Notes: generated by a model not told the origin, from the sequence alone. Counted from the first letter of the stretch, positions 22,069-32,694 are shown. The stretch is 64,000 nucleotides of DNA from a virus (IMGVR_UViG_3300029544_000210:20406-84405), one strand, 5' to 3'. Numbers and translations are program-made.

Positions 22069-22815
22069 CTAAATCTCAAACAACTTCTCTACAGCTTTCT
22101 CACCTGTAACTCTATCTGACTTCTGTAACACTTTGCGTTCTTTCTGCCAGATACATTTAAAATCATCAGGCATATTATATTCACTTATCAACACTATATT
22201 ATTTTCTGAAAGTTTACGAAGAAAATCGTAGAATTCGCTATAGTCGATTGACTGTTTAGAATACTGTTTTGTATTTTTATAAGGTGGATCGAAGTAAAAG
22301 AGGCAGTTCTTATAATCTGCAAAGTCTTTGTAATCACAACATCTAAATTCAATATCATTTAAATCAGGAATTTGTGTTCTAAAATTCTTCAGTCTTTCAT
22401 TATAAATACTTCTACCACCCTTAGAATCTCTGCCATATCCACCATCAAAATATCTGCCACCATAAGATGCACAATATCCAATAAGTGCTATATACTCTTT
22501 TGAATACTTATGTGTTCCAAGTTTTCTATCTTCTCTCACATCGGCATAATGTTCAAATGTACATACATCTGGTGCAATAGATAAATCATTATCAGACTGA
22601 GCATATTTCAATAAAGCAATTAGTTCTTCATTAATGTCAGCCCCTATCTTCTTATCACATTTAATCTTATCAATTAAATTCGCTCCACCAACCATAGGTT
22701 CTATGTAAGTTTTAATATTATTGTCATCAATATACTTCTGAATAATTGGCACTAAAAATTTTGCCAATCTATTTTTACTTCCTTGATATACCATTCCATT
22801 ACCAGAAAGTGACAT
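22069..22815 (-). CDS. Dam-family DNA N6-adenine methyltransferase
   Basis: YQGSKNRL, EPMVGGANL (motif I), YFDPPY (motif IV). Paralog of 28735..29460. Confidence 0.75.
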   Translation of the reverse strand: MSLSGNGMVYQGSKNRLAKFLVPIIQKYIDDNNIKTYIEPMVGGANLIDKIKCDKKIGADINEELIALLKYAQSDNDLSIAPDVCTFEHYADVREDRKLGTHKYSKEYIALIGYCASYGGRYFDGGYGRDSKGGRSIYNERLKNFRTQIPDLNDIEFRCCDYKDFADYKNCLFYFDPPYKNTKQYSKQSIDYSEFYDFLRKLSENNIVLISEYNMPDDFKCIWQKERKVLQKSDRVTGEKAVEKLFEI

Positions 22816-22860
22816 GTCCTTAGTAGCTACCTAACTTTTTCCTTTCTGTTTTAATATTTT

Positions 22861-23685
22861 CTACTTCACATATAAACTTTCATACACAATACTATCATTT
22901 GATTTACCAATAGTACGCTTAAAGCTGCTATTACCACTAAGTAAATATTCGTGTCGTGTATATACATCTTCTGGAACATTCCATGTATTGTCTATATCCC
23001 CACTCTTACCATCGAATGATAAAGCATACTTGCAAGGTAAACTCCTCAAATAATTCCAAAACTTCTCATAATCAATTGTTCCATAATACATACCCTTTGT
23101 ATTGGCATAAGGTGGATCAAGATACAAGAAGTCGTTATCTGTTGGGTTAATATCTTCATAAGAACAACTGATAAACTCTACATTATTTTTCTTCAGCATA
23201 TGACTCCACTCAAAAATAATCTTTTCAAAAGTTTCAGGAATAATACCATTTCTTGTTACATGAAAAGAATTATTAAATTCACCATCACGATTATATCTTG
23301 GCATACCATTAGTAGTAGTTCTCATAATGAACATAAAATCTAATGGATTATGTTCTTTATTGTATCGTTCTCTTACACTTGCAAAATATTCTTTTTTACG
23401 TTGTTTGTCATCATCAACATTTAACTCATTCCAGAGTTTCTTATAATAAAAATAAACTTCTAATGGATTATTGATAATCTCTTTCCATAAATCAATTAAC
23501 CCGCTATTCAAATCACTACATACATAATGATTAACTTTGATGTCGCTATCTAATAATCTCCTTAATACAGACGCTCCACCACAAAACGGTTCATAATATG
23601 TATCAATTTCTTTTGGAAAGAATGTCAGTATCTTTTCTGCCTGACTTCTTTTACTTCCACTCCATTTAATTACTGGTTCGTACAT
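22861..23685 (-). CDS. Dam-family DNA N6-adenine methyltransferase
   Basis: IKWSGSKRS, EPFCGGASV, LYLDPPY. Confidence 0.8.
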   Translation of the reverse strand: MYEPVIKWSGSKRSQAEKILTFFPKEIDTYYEPFCGGASVLRRLLDSDIKVNHYVCSDLNSGLIDLWKEIINNPLEVYFYYKKLWNELNVDDDKQRKKEYFASVRERYNKEHNPLDFMFIMRTTTNGMPRYNRDGEFNNSFHVTRNGIIPETFEKIIFEWSHMLKKNNVEFISCSYEDINPTDNDFLYLDPPYANTKGMYYGTIDYEKFWNYLRSLPCKYALSFDGKSGDIDNTWNVPEDVYTRHEYLLSGNSSFKRTIGKSNDSIVYESLYVK

Positions 23686-24186
23686 TTAATCTACTCAGAG
23701 CGAAATTTCTTTAAGGCTGCCACTCACTCCTTTCGTATTTTGTTCACATATATATTTTCTATTTATTCAACAAATCCAAGAATAATTTTTGCAATACACT
23801 TTGCATTATGAGAATCCATATCTTGAATAATCGCTTTTGCAAGATTGATATTATGATATTCTATAATTTCAATCTCTTCGTCTGTTGGATTATTACGATC
23901 TTCAATCGCTGAGTTAAACTTCTGACAAGTTGATATAATATTTTCAAGCATATTTTTCACCTCGCTAACTTCAAATGAAAGATTTCTTTCAATGTATTAT
24001 TTGAATTCTATCTTATTTCTTTTTAATACCTTAACTGCCTTGTCATAATCAGTTTCAGCTACTTTGATGTTTTTCATCTTGGTAGGCTTTGGTTTTATCC
24101 AATAGCGACATTCTGTAATATCTTCGTCATACCACATCAAACCACCTTCACAATATTTATGATACTGGCAGTCATTGTTACCACAT

Positions 24187-25041
24187 CTACTCATTTATAT
24201 ATTCTCTCACTCTCTTATTTCCAACCTCAAAAATTTCCTTATCTTTCTCAAAACATATGTAATTCCTATTTGTATTCATAGCTGCAATCGCAGTTGTACA
24301 ACTTCCTGCACACGAATCAAGAACCAAATCACCTGGATTTGTGTATGTCTTGATAAAATACTCACACGCTTCAACAGGCTTTTGGCACTGATGTAAGCTA
24401 CTTTTCTGAGTATCCCATTTAAACTGCAAAACATCTCTTGGATATCTTTGTGTACTACCACCACCTGAAATACCAATCTTTGTAGCACCATAACAGTTAC
24501 CATCTGTTGTATGTTTTGTATAAGAATGAACAGGCGTATGTCCTTCTGTCATTTGTGGATTGTAAGTAGGGAGTTTCTTATAGAAAATCAAGACATTTTC
24601 GTGTGCCTTCATAGGCATTTTCTTAGCGTTTAGATGACCAGTTGCTTTGGTCTTTTCGATAATCCATTCATAGCGATATAGCTTTTCATTACTACAAGCG
24701 AGCCTCTTATCAAATGGTGACTGCGCCCATAATGCAATACAACCATTATCTTTGATAATTCGATTGTAGTGAGTCCATAAACCATCTTTTTTGTTCTCAT
24801 AAAACCAATCTCTTGTATATTCAAGACTGCTATCTATTACTTGAGCTAACTCGAACAAATCTGTTTCATAAAAATATTGACCTGATAATTCCACATAATC
24901 ATTTAACGGCATTTCACATTCCCAAGAATTATTAGTCGTATTATAAGGCAGATCCGTGAAGATGAAATCGACTGACTTATCATCAATCTTTTTCATACCT
25001 TCAAGACAGTCTTCGTTGTATATTTTGTTAATCTCTAACAT
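24187..25041 (-). CDS. beta-class N6/N4 DNA methyltransferase (pfam N6_N4_Mtase-like)
   Basis: Motif IV-like FTDLPYN precedes motif I VLDSCAGSCTT, which is the beta-class circular permutation. Confidence 0.65.
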   Translation of the reverse strand: MLEINKIYNEDCLEGMKKIDDKSVDFIFTDLPYNTTNNSWECEMPLNDYVELSGQYFYETDLFELAQVIDSSLEYTRDWFYENKKDGLWTHYNRIIKDNGCIALWAQSPFDKRLACSNEKLYRYEWIIEKTKATGHLNAKKMPMKAHENVLIFYKKLPTYNPQMTEGHTPVHSYTKHTTDGNCYGATKIGISGGGSTQRYPRDVLQFKWDTQKSSLHQCQKPVEACEYFIKTYTNPGDLVLDSCAGSCTTAIAAMNTNRNYICFEKDKEIFEVGNKRVREYINE

Positions 25042-25171
25042 TTCTTACTCAGAGCAAATCCAGATTTAATGCTGCAGCAAATCTCTCGCTCCTTTCATTG
25101 TATTAATTCTCTTAATAAATCTCTGTCCATTCACTAATTTCTACTTTATTATCAGGATAACCAGACAAACT

Positions 25172-25552
25172 TCATTCATTATCGTTATATACTACTTTCC
25201 ACATAGCATTTTCTCCATGTGGATTACCTTTAATTTTTCCATAATATAATCCCGAACATGGAGGTACTTCTTCGTCAACATTCTTCCAAATTGGCTTTTC
25301 ATATACCTTATTAATGTCATCTACCGCTTTTGCCAAATTCGTCATTGTATTTGTAAAATATTTTTCCTCTGTTTTAAGCATAGAATCAAAATAACTCTTC
25401 ATAATGTCTAAAAGATTTTTTGTAAATTTTTCAGATGTGTCATTCATTCCAAGTATGTAAGTATGATTAATCTTAAAAGAAATTCCAAGTCCAATAAGTG
25501 TTCCAACACAAAGTCCTAATAATCCAATTAATACCATTAAACAAATATCCAT
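25172..25552 (-). CDS. membrane-anchored hypothetical protein
   Basis: N-terminal TM helix MDICLMVLIGLLGLCVGTLIGLGI. Confidence 0.4.
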   Translation of the reverse strand: MDICLMVLIGLLGLCVGTLIGLGISFKINHTYILGMNDTSEKFTKNLLDIMKSYFDSMLKTEEKYFTNTMTNLAKAVDDINKVYEKPIWKNVDEEVPPCSGLYYGKIKGNPHGENAMWKVVYNDNE

Positions 25553-25623
25553 ATTTTACCTCTCTTTCTTATCATCCGAAGGAAACTTCGGTTTACTGTG
25601 TCTTTTGTAATATCATTTATTTA

Positions 25624-25983
25624 CTATGGTAAGTCAACAATATTGTATCTAACAGTACCATCGTCATATTTCTTGGTTTCTAATATTCCATCAACATATT
25701 CTCCAATTTTGTCTGAATATTTGTTATATGTATTACTACCAGAAATATTATATTCTACACTGTTATATTCAACAGTAATTCTATAAACTGCTGAATGCGA
25801 TTGTGGCATCATCGTTTTAGTCGCAGGATTATAATGCATTGTTGTATAAGCAGCCCTGTGATATTCGTCTGTTATTTTTACTTGAACCGTAGATGTTTCG
25901 GTGCTAATGCATTTTGCACAGCCGGTTAATATAAACATAAATGCTAATAGTAAAGCCAAACTATATAAAATTTTCTTCTTCAT
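25624..25983 (-). CDS. lipoprotein
   Basis: Signal peptide with lipobox LTGCAKC. Confidence 0.5.
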   Translation of the reverse strand: MKKKILYSLALLLAFMFILTGCAKCISTETSTVQVKITDEYHRAAYTTMHYNPATKTMMPQSHSAVYRITVEYNSVEYNISGSNTYNKYSDKIGEYVDGILETKKYDDGTVRYNIVDLP

Positions 25984-28734
25984 ATGGTTTATTCGACCTC
26001 CTTTAACACAAGAATTGCTTTATAGTATCTACTATTACATGAGCTGGACTCTACTTTATATCCAGCATCTAAATAATCATCCATAGCATTCTCAAAATCA
26101 TTGCTATTTTCCATTTCTAAAATTACACATTTCTTCATATGGCTTATTCTCCTTTACTATATCCAGTCTCTTCAAGGAATTTATCAAATTCCTCTTTTTT
26201 CATACAGTTTGGATAATACATATCTACCACCATATCAAACGGCTTTAAATAATTATCCAATACATCTTCAGCATTCTCTTTTGCTTCCTGCATTTTCATA
26301 TTGATATAATCTTCTCTCGTCATATTCCATGCTGTAGGACAATCCGTGACACTCGAAAATCTACAATATAATCCATTCGGTTGTTTTGATATAAATCCTG
26401 CCATATTATTCTCCTAATTCTTTTAGTGCATTAACAAGTTCAGCGAGTCTTGGATTCTCAGGATGCTCCTTTGCCATCTTTTCATATAAAGCAATATTAT
26501 TCATCTTTTCAATCTCAGACTTTAGCTCCTCCTCAATAGAGGCTTTTTGCTTTGCAATTTCTTTCTGACGATTTTCCTCGTCAGTTCTTGCATTGTATGC
26601 GTTCATATTAACTACACCAACAACCTGAGCTGTCACACCTTTTCCATACTCTTCGACTGTCTTAATTTCTTTTAAAATTCCAAGAACTCTATTGCCTTTC
26701 CCTCTTGCATTTACAACCAGATACAACGGATGATTGGTATCATACTTAAGAATTTCATTAATATCTTTATCATATAAAGCAAATCCATAATCTTTCTTAT
26801 TGTAATCATCTACCAAATTTACAATCGCCACTTTACTAAATCCTGTCATTTTATTATCCTCACTTTCATCTCTAATAATATTCAATTCACTTCTACTGAA
26901 CCAATATAATCCATTGGAACTTGCTGCATTATACATTCCGTCAATCTGAACAGCTATTGATCCGTTTGTAGTTTTAATAACTTGTCCATATAGCCCAACA
27001 ATGTTTTCTTCTCTGTATTTTCTTTTATCAGTATATGTAACTTTTACTCGTTGATTTTGATATTCTTCATAATCGTAAATCTTGCTCATCGCATCACCTC
27101 CTGTTAATATATTCTCGTATCATTTACAATTTTTTGACAATTTTCAATTACCCTACAAATCAATCTCTTTCCATTATCACTAAAATAATCATTATTTTTC
27201 TGTTGATTATAGTAATCTTCAAGTTTATTGTTAGCAGATTTTAACCTTCGAGATATATTAGCATAGTCGCACTTATTATCACATTCCGATGAATATTCTT
27301 TATTGTATCTTAATTTACATTCCATACATGGACTGTACATTTTGCACCTCCTGTTAATTTATTCTCCTAATCCATATCTTCTTAACCATTCTTTTTTGCT
27401 TAATGTGGTTACACCACGTTTCTTTTGTTGCTTCCATACCTTGATAGCATATTCTTTTGTCATTCCTGGCACTGGATAATGTATTACGGATTTTGAGATT
27501 GTATATGGTTTTCCTATAGAAGCCATCTTCAACAAATCTAATAAGTTAGTCATAAATATAGCCTCCTAATCCTCAATATAATTTATTTCTTCCAAAATTG
27601 AACTTCCTATAACATATAGTTTCTTTGAAATTATCCTTGTTACTCTTTTAAGGAATTCTTTATGAAGTTCATTCTCTTGCTCATACACAACCATTTTTTG
27701 ATTCCCATTTCTATGACAGCAAGCATATGTTCCTTCCTCATACTCAGCTCCATAATAATAAAAATACAGATTGTATTTATGATTATGTTTACTAAATAAC
27801 CACGGATGAAGCGTTGCAATAGTTATATAGTTATTTCCGATTTTTATTCTAAAATCATAATGTGACTTATTTTGTACGATTTTCAAAAACTTCACCTCTT
27901 TTCATATTAAGAGTACATTCATTTCTATACTCTATGAGAGCATACTTGTTCCTTATCATTACATGTTAGGATCGAGGTTTATTCCAAGGCATTATATTCT
28001 CAAATGAGTTTCAGCCTATACGCTCATCGGTTGACTGACTTGTTAATTTCAGCCTTCACCTTTACTTTTTCACCATCTCAGGTTTTCAGTTCGTTTTACC
28101 TCATTTATATATTCTCTGCTAGAGCAGAAGAAATCTATGATTCTTGTTCTTCTACAACCTTATTATTTTATGTCATCTCTTTCATAAAAACATAAAAGCT
28201 CCGCAGCATGATTCCTTTGAATAGTAAGATTATCTACTTCCTCCTTTAGTTCTTTATTCTTTTTTTCAAGTTCGGCTATTCTATTTCTCAACACATCTTC
28301 TGTTAAAAACTTCTGAGTTCCAATTTGCTTATAATCAAACGGAACAGATTTAACAGAATAATTGCTGATATAATCTGTTGTCCCATCGGTATATGTAATA
28401 GTTGGCTCAAAAAATCCACGATTCTTACAATTGTCACAATGGCAGATAGATGAAATATACCCAATCTTGCCATCATTGTTTTCTACAAAATCACCTTCAT
28501 GAAATTGAATGTCTGTTATATTATTCTCTTTAGGAATAACTGGCTCTCTAAATATAAGTTTTAAATATCCTTCACCTACATTTTCTTCACCGATAAACGT
28601 ATAACCACGATCTTCGTATTTTTTAACTGTTTCTTTTGCTTTGCATATCTTTACGCCAACAGTCATCTATTCATTCTCCTTTTTCTTTGTTTTTGTATAT
28701 ATTTATTCTCTGAAAATCAAAAAGAAATTCCGCT

Positions 28735-29460
28735 TTACTTGGAATTTTTATTTTTATACATAAACAGCTTTTCTCTTCGAAAATCCTTAATGTTATTACA
28801 TTCTCTATTGCTGTCAAATGTAATCTTAACTTGTTTCTCCCAAATGCAATCAAAGTCATCTGGCATTGAATATTCACTTATAATGACAACATTATCTTTA
28901 GACATTTCTCTACACCATTGATAAAATTGTTCATATGGAAATTCACCTGTTTTGTATTTGGTTGTATTTTTATACGGTGGATCACAATATATTACATACC
29001 CATGTAAATTAGAATAATCTAAAAATGAAGCTGTTCTAAAATGGATATCTTTAAGATTTGGAGCTTGCTTCATGCATGATTTGTAAGAATAAATATCTCC
29101 CCGATGTTTAGCATCATCACGCTTTGCATAACCACCAAACCACTTTGCTCCAAAACTAAGTTCATATCCTATATACCCTGTTATAAAATCAGAATATTTG
29201 TCAGGATTATTTTTTACATCAATATAAAATTCTTTCGATACTTCTTTTGGTGGTTCAATTCCTTGCTGCAAACCAATAAGTACAGAAATTACATATTTAT
29301 CAATATCGCTTCCTATCTTATTGTCACATTCAATTTTATCAATAATATTTGCACCACCTACGAATGGTTCTAAATAACCATTGCATCCCTTGTCTATATA
29401 ATTCTGTATAATCGGTACAATTTGTTTTGATAACCGATTTTTGCTTCCCATGTAAATCAT
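28735..29460 (-). CDS. Dam-family DNA N6-adenine methyltransferase
   Basis: GSKNRL, EPFVGGANI, YCDPPY. Paralog of 22069..22815. Confidence 0.75.
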   Translation of the reverse strand: MIYMGSKNRLSKQIVPIIQNYIDKGCNGYLEPFVGGANIIDKIECDNKIGSDIDKYVISVLIGLQQGIEPPKEVSKEFYIDVKNNPDKYSDFITGYIGYELSFGAKWFGGYAKRDDAKHRGDIYSYKSCMKQAPNLKDIHFRTASFLDYSNLHGYVIYCDPPYKNTTKYKTGEFPYEQFYQWCREMSKDNVVIISEYSMPDDFDCIWEKQVKITFDSNRECNNIKDFRREKLFMYKNKNSK

Positions 29461-29517
29461 TATGTATCAGGAGTAAACGCTGCGTTTTCGGTATACCAAA
29501 CCTCTTACTCCTTTCTT

Positions 29518-30441
29518 TTATTCTCTTAACCCACTCAAAATCCATTCAATAGTAGGTTCATTCCATCCATTGCCCATCAAACTACATCTTTTTGAGTATG
29601 ATAACCAACGATTGTTAAGCTGAATTTTTGTAAAATTATCAGGCAATCCCTGTAATCTTTCATATTCAACTTCTGTAAGTTTTCGTGGTCTACCACTATC
29701 TAATACTTTCTTTTCGTGATATCCACCATTGATACAAGTCAATGTGCAGCACTTAAAATCTGGATTATAAATTCTTCTATTCATTTCCATAGAATTAACT
29801 TTTAACTCTGCGCATACACGTTTGTTCATATCCAAGATTTCAAAATCTTTCTTATAGAAATATTTCTCATCTACACTATTCTCCATAATATCTTTCAAAA
29901 CTAATGGAGATTCATCAGGTAATTTACCTAATGGTATGTTTGTCCAATAATATCTTTCACGATTTTGAGACGAAAATCTTCCTGAATCAATCAAAATAGG
30001 TTCTACACCAATACATTCTGTCATTGTCTTCAGATCTTCGTCACAACTTGGTATTACATTCTCAAACATGAAATATTTGGGCTGAATTGCCCTAAGACAC
30101 TCAATTGCTTTAAAGAAAATTCCTGACTTACCATCAAGACCATTATTGACCTCTTTGCTTTCAATTCGTACTCTTGAAATTGACTGGCAACAAGTTCCTG
30201 CCAACAGTAAATCAAATCCTTTGAACTGTTCAAAATCCGCTTCATATAAATCGCCATGATGTACCACAAACGGAAAATGGTACTGAGAAACTGCTATGGC
30301 TTCTGGCAAAATTTCATATGTATGATATTCTCTTATAGGTATTCCGAGCTGCTGTAACGCATACAATCCTGTTTCAACGCCACCACATAAACTTAACACT
30401 CGTAGCCCCTTGAGAATTATTTTTTCATTATTCTCTGTCAA
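29518..30441 (-). CDS. DNA (cytosine-5)-methyltransferase
   Basis: Motif I LSLCGGVETG, catalytic motif IV GTCCQSIS (PCQ-type Cys), and ENV (motif VI). Confidence 0.7.
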   Translation of the reverse strand: MTENNEKIILKGLRVLSLCGGVETGLYALQQLGIPIREYHTYEILPEAIAVSQYHFPFVVHHGDLYEADFEQFKGFDLLLAGTCCQSISRVRIESKEVNNGLDGKSGIFFKAIECLRAIQPKYFMFENVIPSCDEDLKTMTECIGVEPILIDSGRFSSQNRERYYWTNIPLGKLPDESPLVLKDIMENSVDEKYFYKKDFEILDMNKRVCAELKVNSMEMNRRIYNPDFKCCTLTCINGGYHEKKVLDSGRPRKLTEVEYERLQGLPDNFTKIQLNNRWLSYSKRCSLMGNGWNEPTIEWILSGLRE

Positions 30442-30951
30442 AATACACTATTTTACAGAGGTTATATAACCATAATTACCTAGGAGTTACTGCTTAATTC
30501 CTTTCTTCTTGATTATTTTGTTGTAAAATCCTATGGAATTTGCACGTCTGCAAAAACCATAAGAAAAAAATATTTCTTGTTACTTTTATTTGGAAATTTT
30601 GGCTGAATTGCCAAGATAGAAATTTCTATATATGATTATTCTCTACATACTTTCTAATAAAACTGTTTCCAGTTCGATAGAACCCCAATTATTATTTGGT
30701 TTAATATAAGCAATTGATAAAACAGAACACTCATAGCCAGGAGAATCAAATGCGTCCGTAACATCCAGCTTAAAAGAAATGTTCTTTTTAGTCAATTCCT
30801 GCTTCAGCTCGTCAACAACATCATAATAATTTTCTTCATCTTCTCTGTAACGATGATAATATTCATGTTCTTCATCAAAATACTTGTCCAAAATTTCTTC
30901 TATAATATCCATCCTTTTCACCTCACAATCCAAAGAAAGAGAATTTTAATC

Positions 30952-31404
30952 CTAAAATGCAGTACCACTCTCACCCTGATTAATTTCTTTACACTTCTGA
31001 TCACACTCTTCCAATGTCTTAAACAAAGAAGTCTCTCCTCTATTTCTTACATTTACATATTCTCCAACAGAATTAACTTTATATTTAATTGTGGTTACAT
31101 CATTCCAAATACTAGCCACAATTCTTCTAATTTTAACTTTATGAGGTACAACCACTGTCTGTTTACATACAATCTTCCCTGTTGTATTACACTGTTTACA
31201 TGGAATTTCATATCCGTTGTAAAGAATCTTCTTTGTTCCTTTACATATTGGACAAATAATTTCTACATTTTCTCTTGCGTATGTATAACATTCTTCCCCA
31301 ATTTCAAACTTATTGTCTATTGTTTTCATTTTAAAATACCTCCTAATATAATAAATAATGTGCCATACGAGGTTTGAACTCGTAACATCTTGATTAAAAG
31401 TCAA
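30952..31404 (-). CDS. zinc-ribbon hypothetical protein
   Basis: CPICKG...CKQCNTTGKIVCKQ. Confidence 0.4.
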   Translation of the reverse strand: MTFNQDVTSSNLVWHIIYYIRRYFKMKTIDNKFEIGEECYTYARENVEIICPICKGTKKILYNGYEIPCKQCNTTGKIVCKQTVVVPHKVKIRRIVASIWNDVTTIKYKVNSVGEYVNVRNRGETSLFKTLEECDQKCKEINQGESGTAF

Positions 31405-31431
31405 GTGCTCTACCTATTGAGATAATGGCAC
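31359..31431 (-). tRNA. tRNA-Lys (anticodon UUU)
   Basis: Minus-strand cloverleaf. Acceptor GTGCCAT/ATGGCAC, anticodon stem CTTGA/TCAAG with loop CTTTTAA, T-arm ACGAG-TTCAAAC-CTCGT. The D/anticodon region is close to E. coli tRNA-Lys. No encoded CCA. Confidence 0.8.
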
Positions 31432-31435
31432 ACAG

Positions 31436-31507
31436 CTAGGATGGTGGGATTCGAACCACGAATGTCAGAATCAAAATCTGATGTGTTGACCACTTCACCA
31501 CATCCCA
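31436..31507 (-). tRNA. tRNA-Gln (anticodon UUG), with an atypical T-arm
   Basis: Minus strand. Acceptor TGGGATG/CATCCTA (one G-U pair), D-arm GTGA...CAC, anticodon stem TCAGA/TCTGA with loop TTTTGAT, T-loop TTCGAAT. The T-stem pairs imperfectly (only 4 bp, or an 8-nt loop). Confidence 0.55.
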
Positions 31508-31553
31508 TTAGTAAGGTGTGAGTTATATCACACCTTTTAATTAATATTAATAA

Positions 31554-32423
31554 TTACTTATCTGTTACAACTGTATTGTTAGTTCCAGAAATAGTAACCC
31601 AACCAAATTTATTTCTTGCTTCGGCTTCCTTCATTCTTATAAGCTCATCTGTAATAGAAGAACTTAACTTATTATTCGCCTCTGCCTGTGCTTTAGCTTC
31701 GATTAACTGTGCATCAGCCTTTGCTTGTGCTTCTGCCTTAGTTACTTCTGCATCAGCCTTTGCCTTATTAATAGCTGTCTGATTATTAATTTCCTGAGTT
31801 TCGGCTGCCTGCTGTGCTGTAATCTTTGCATTAATAGCTTCCTGTGTCTTTGTATCAACGGAAATATTAATCAATGATACATTACTAATCGCTATACCAT
31901 ATGGTTCAAACTTCTTATTAAGATAATCAGTTAATGCTGTATTTACATTTGCTCTTTCAGAACCAAGAATATCTGACACCTTATAGTTAGCAACAATTTC
32001 TTTAGTCCAAGAAATAATGTTAGGTTTAATAAAACTGTCTCTTACTTCCTTTCCAGATTGTCCTCTAAATCTTGTAAATAGATCAGCTACCTTATCAGGA
32101 CTATACTGATATGTAAATGTAAGATCTATCTGCATAGCCTTACCCTCAGATGAACTCGCTGAAAAGCTGTCATCATCTTTAGAGTCTCCGTCCTTACCAG
32201 ATGTTAAATAACTCTGTTCAAGACTCACCGAGTAAAGTGTCGTTTTTACAGTTGGTGACTTTAAATGCCATCCTTGTGTAAGAATATCGCCTTTTACTCC
32301 ACCCGACATACTGTACTGTACGGCAATATAGCCAGCAGGTACACGCACACTTGACATAAATAATAATATTGCTACAACAACAATTACTACTACTGTTACT
32401 ACTCCTCCGATTGTTTTCTTCAT
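31554..32423 (-). CDS. SPFH/band-7 (prohibitin/HflK-like) membrane protein
   Basis: N-terminal TM helix, then PAGYIAVQYSMSGGVKGDILTQGWHLKSP, typical of PHB/SPFH domains. C-terminal Ala/Lys/Glu-rich coiled coil. Confidence 0.65.
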   Translation of the reverse strand: MKKTIGGVVTVVVIVVVAILLFMSSVRVPAGYIAVQYSMSGGVKGDILTQGWHLKSPTVKTTLYSVSLEQSYLTSGKDGDSKDDDSFSASSSEGKAMQIDLTFTYQYSPDKVADLFTRFRGQSGKEVRDSFIKPNIISWTKEIVANYKVSDILGSERANVNTALTDYLNKKFEPYGIAISNVSLINISVDTKTQEAINAKITAQQAAETQEINNQTAINKAKADAEVTKAEAQAKADAQLIEAKAQAEANNKLSSSITDELIRMKEAEARNKFGWVTISGTNNTVVTDK

Positions 32424-32581
32424 TCTTTTGTCTCCTTTTCTTCGTTATTATTTATTTCATCTGTCGAAAATACTTTATTTATAACATTGATAACAAACTT
32501 ACCAATTTTTTCAAATAAAGGTGACAGTAGAAACCATAAAATTATTAATCCTATTAAAACTAATATAAAAAATACTGACAT
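32420..32581 (-). CDS. small membrane protein (~52 aa), translationally coupled to the SPFH gene (ATGA overlap)
   Basis: Minus-strand ORF MSVFFILVLIGLIILWFLLSPLFEKIGKF..., not in the supplied track (under 60 aa). Its stop overlaps the SPFH start codon. Confidence 0.4.
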   Translation of the reverse strand: MSVFFILVLIGLIILWFLLSPLFEKIGKFVINVINKVFSTDEINNNEEKETKE

Positions 32582-32694
32582 TTAACTATTCTCCTTTTCG
32601 TATTATATTTTTCTTCCATTAGCTTGATAATCTCAACATTTCTGTAGTATATATTGAATAATCATTTTACTGAGTAAAATGTTGTCTTAACCGT

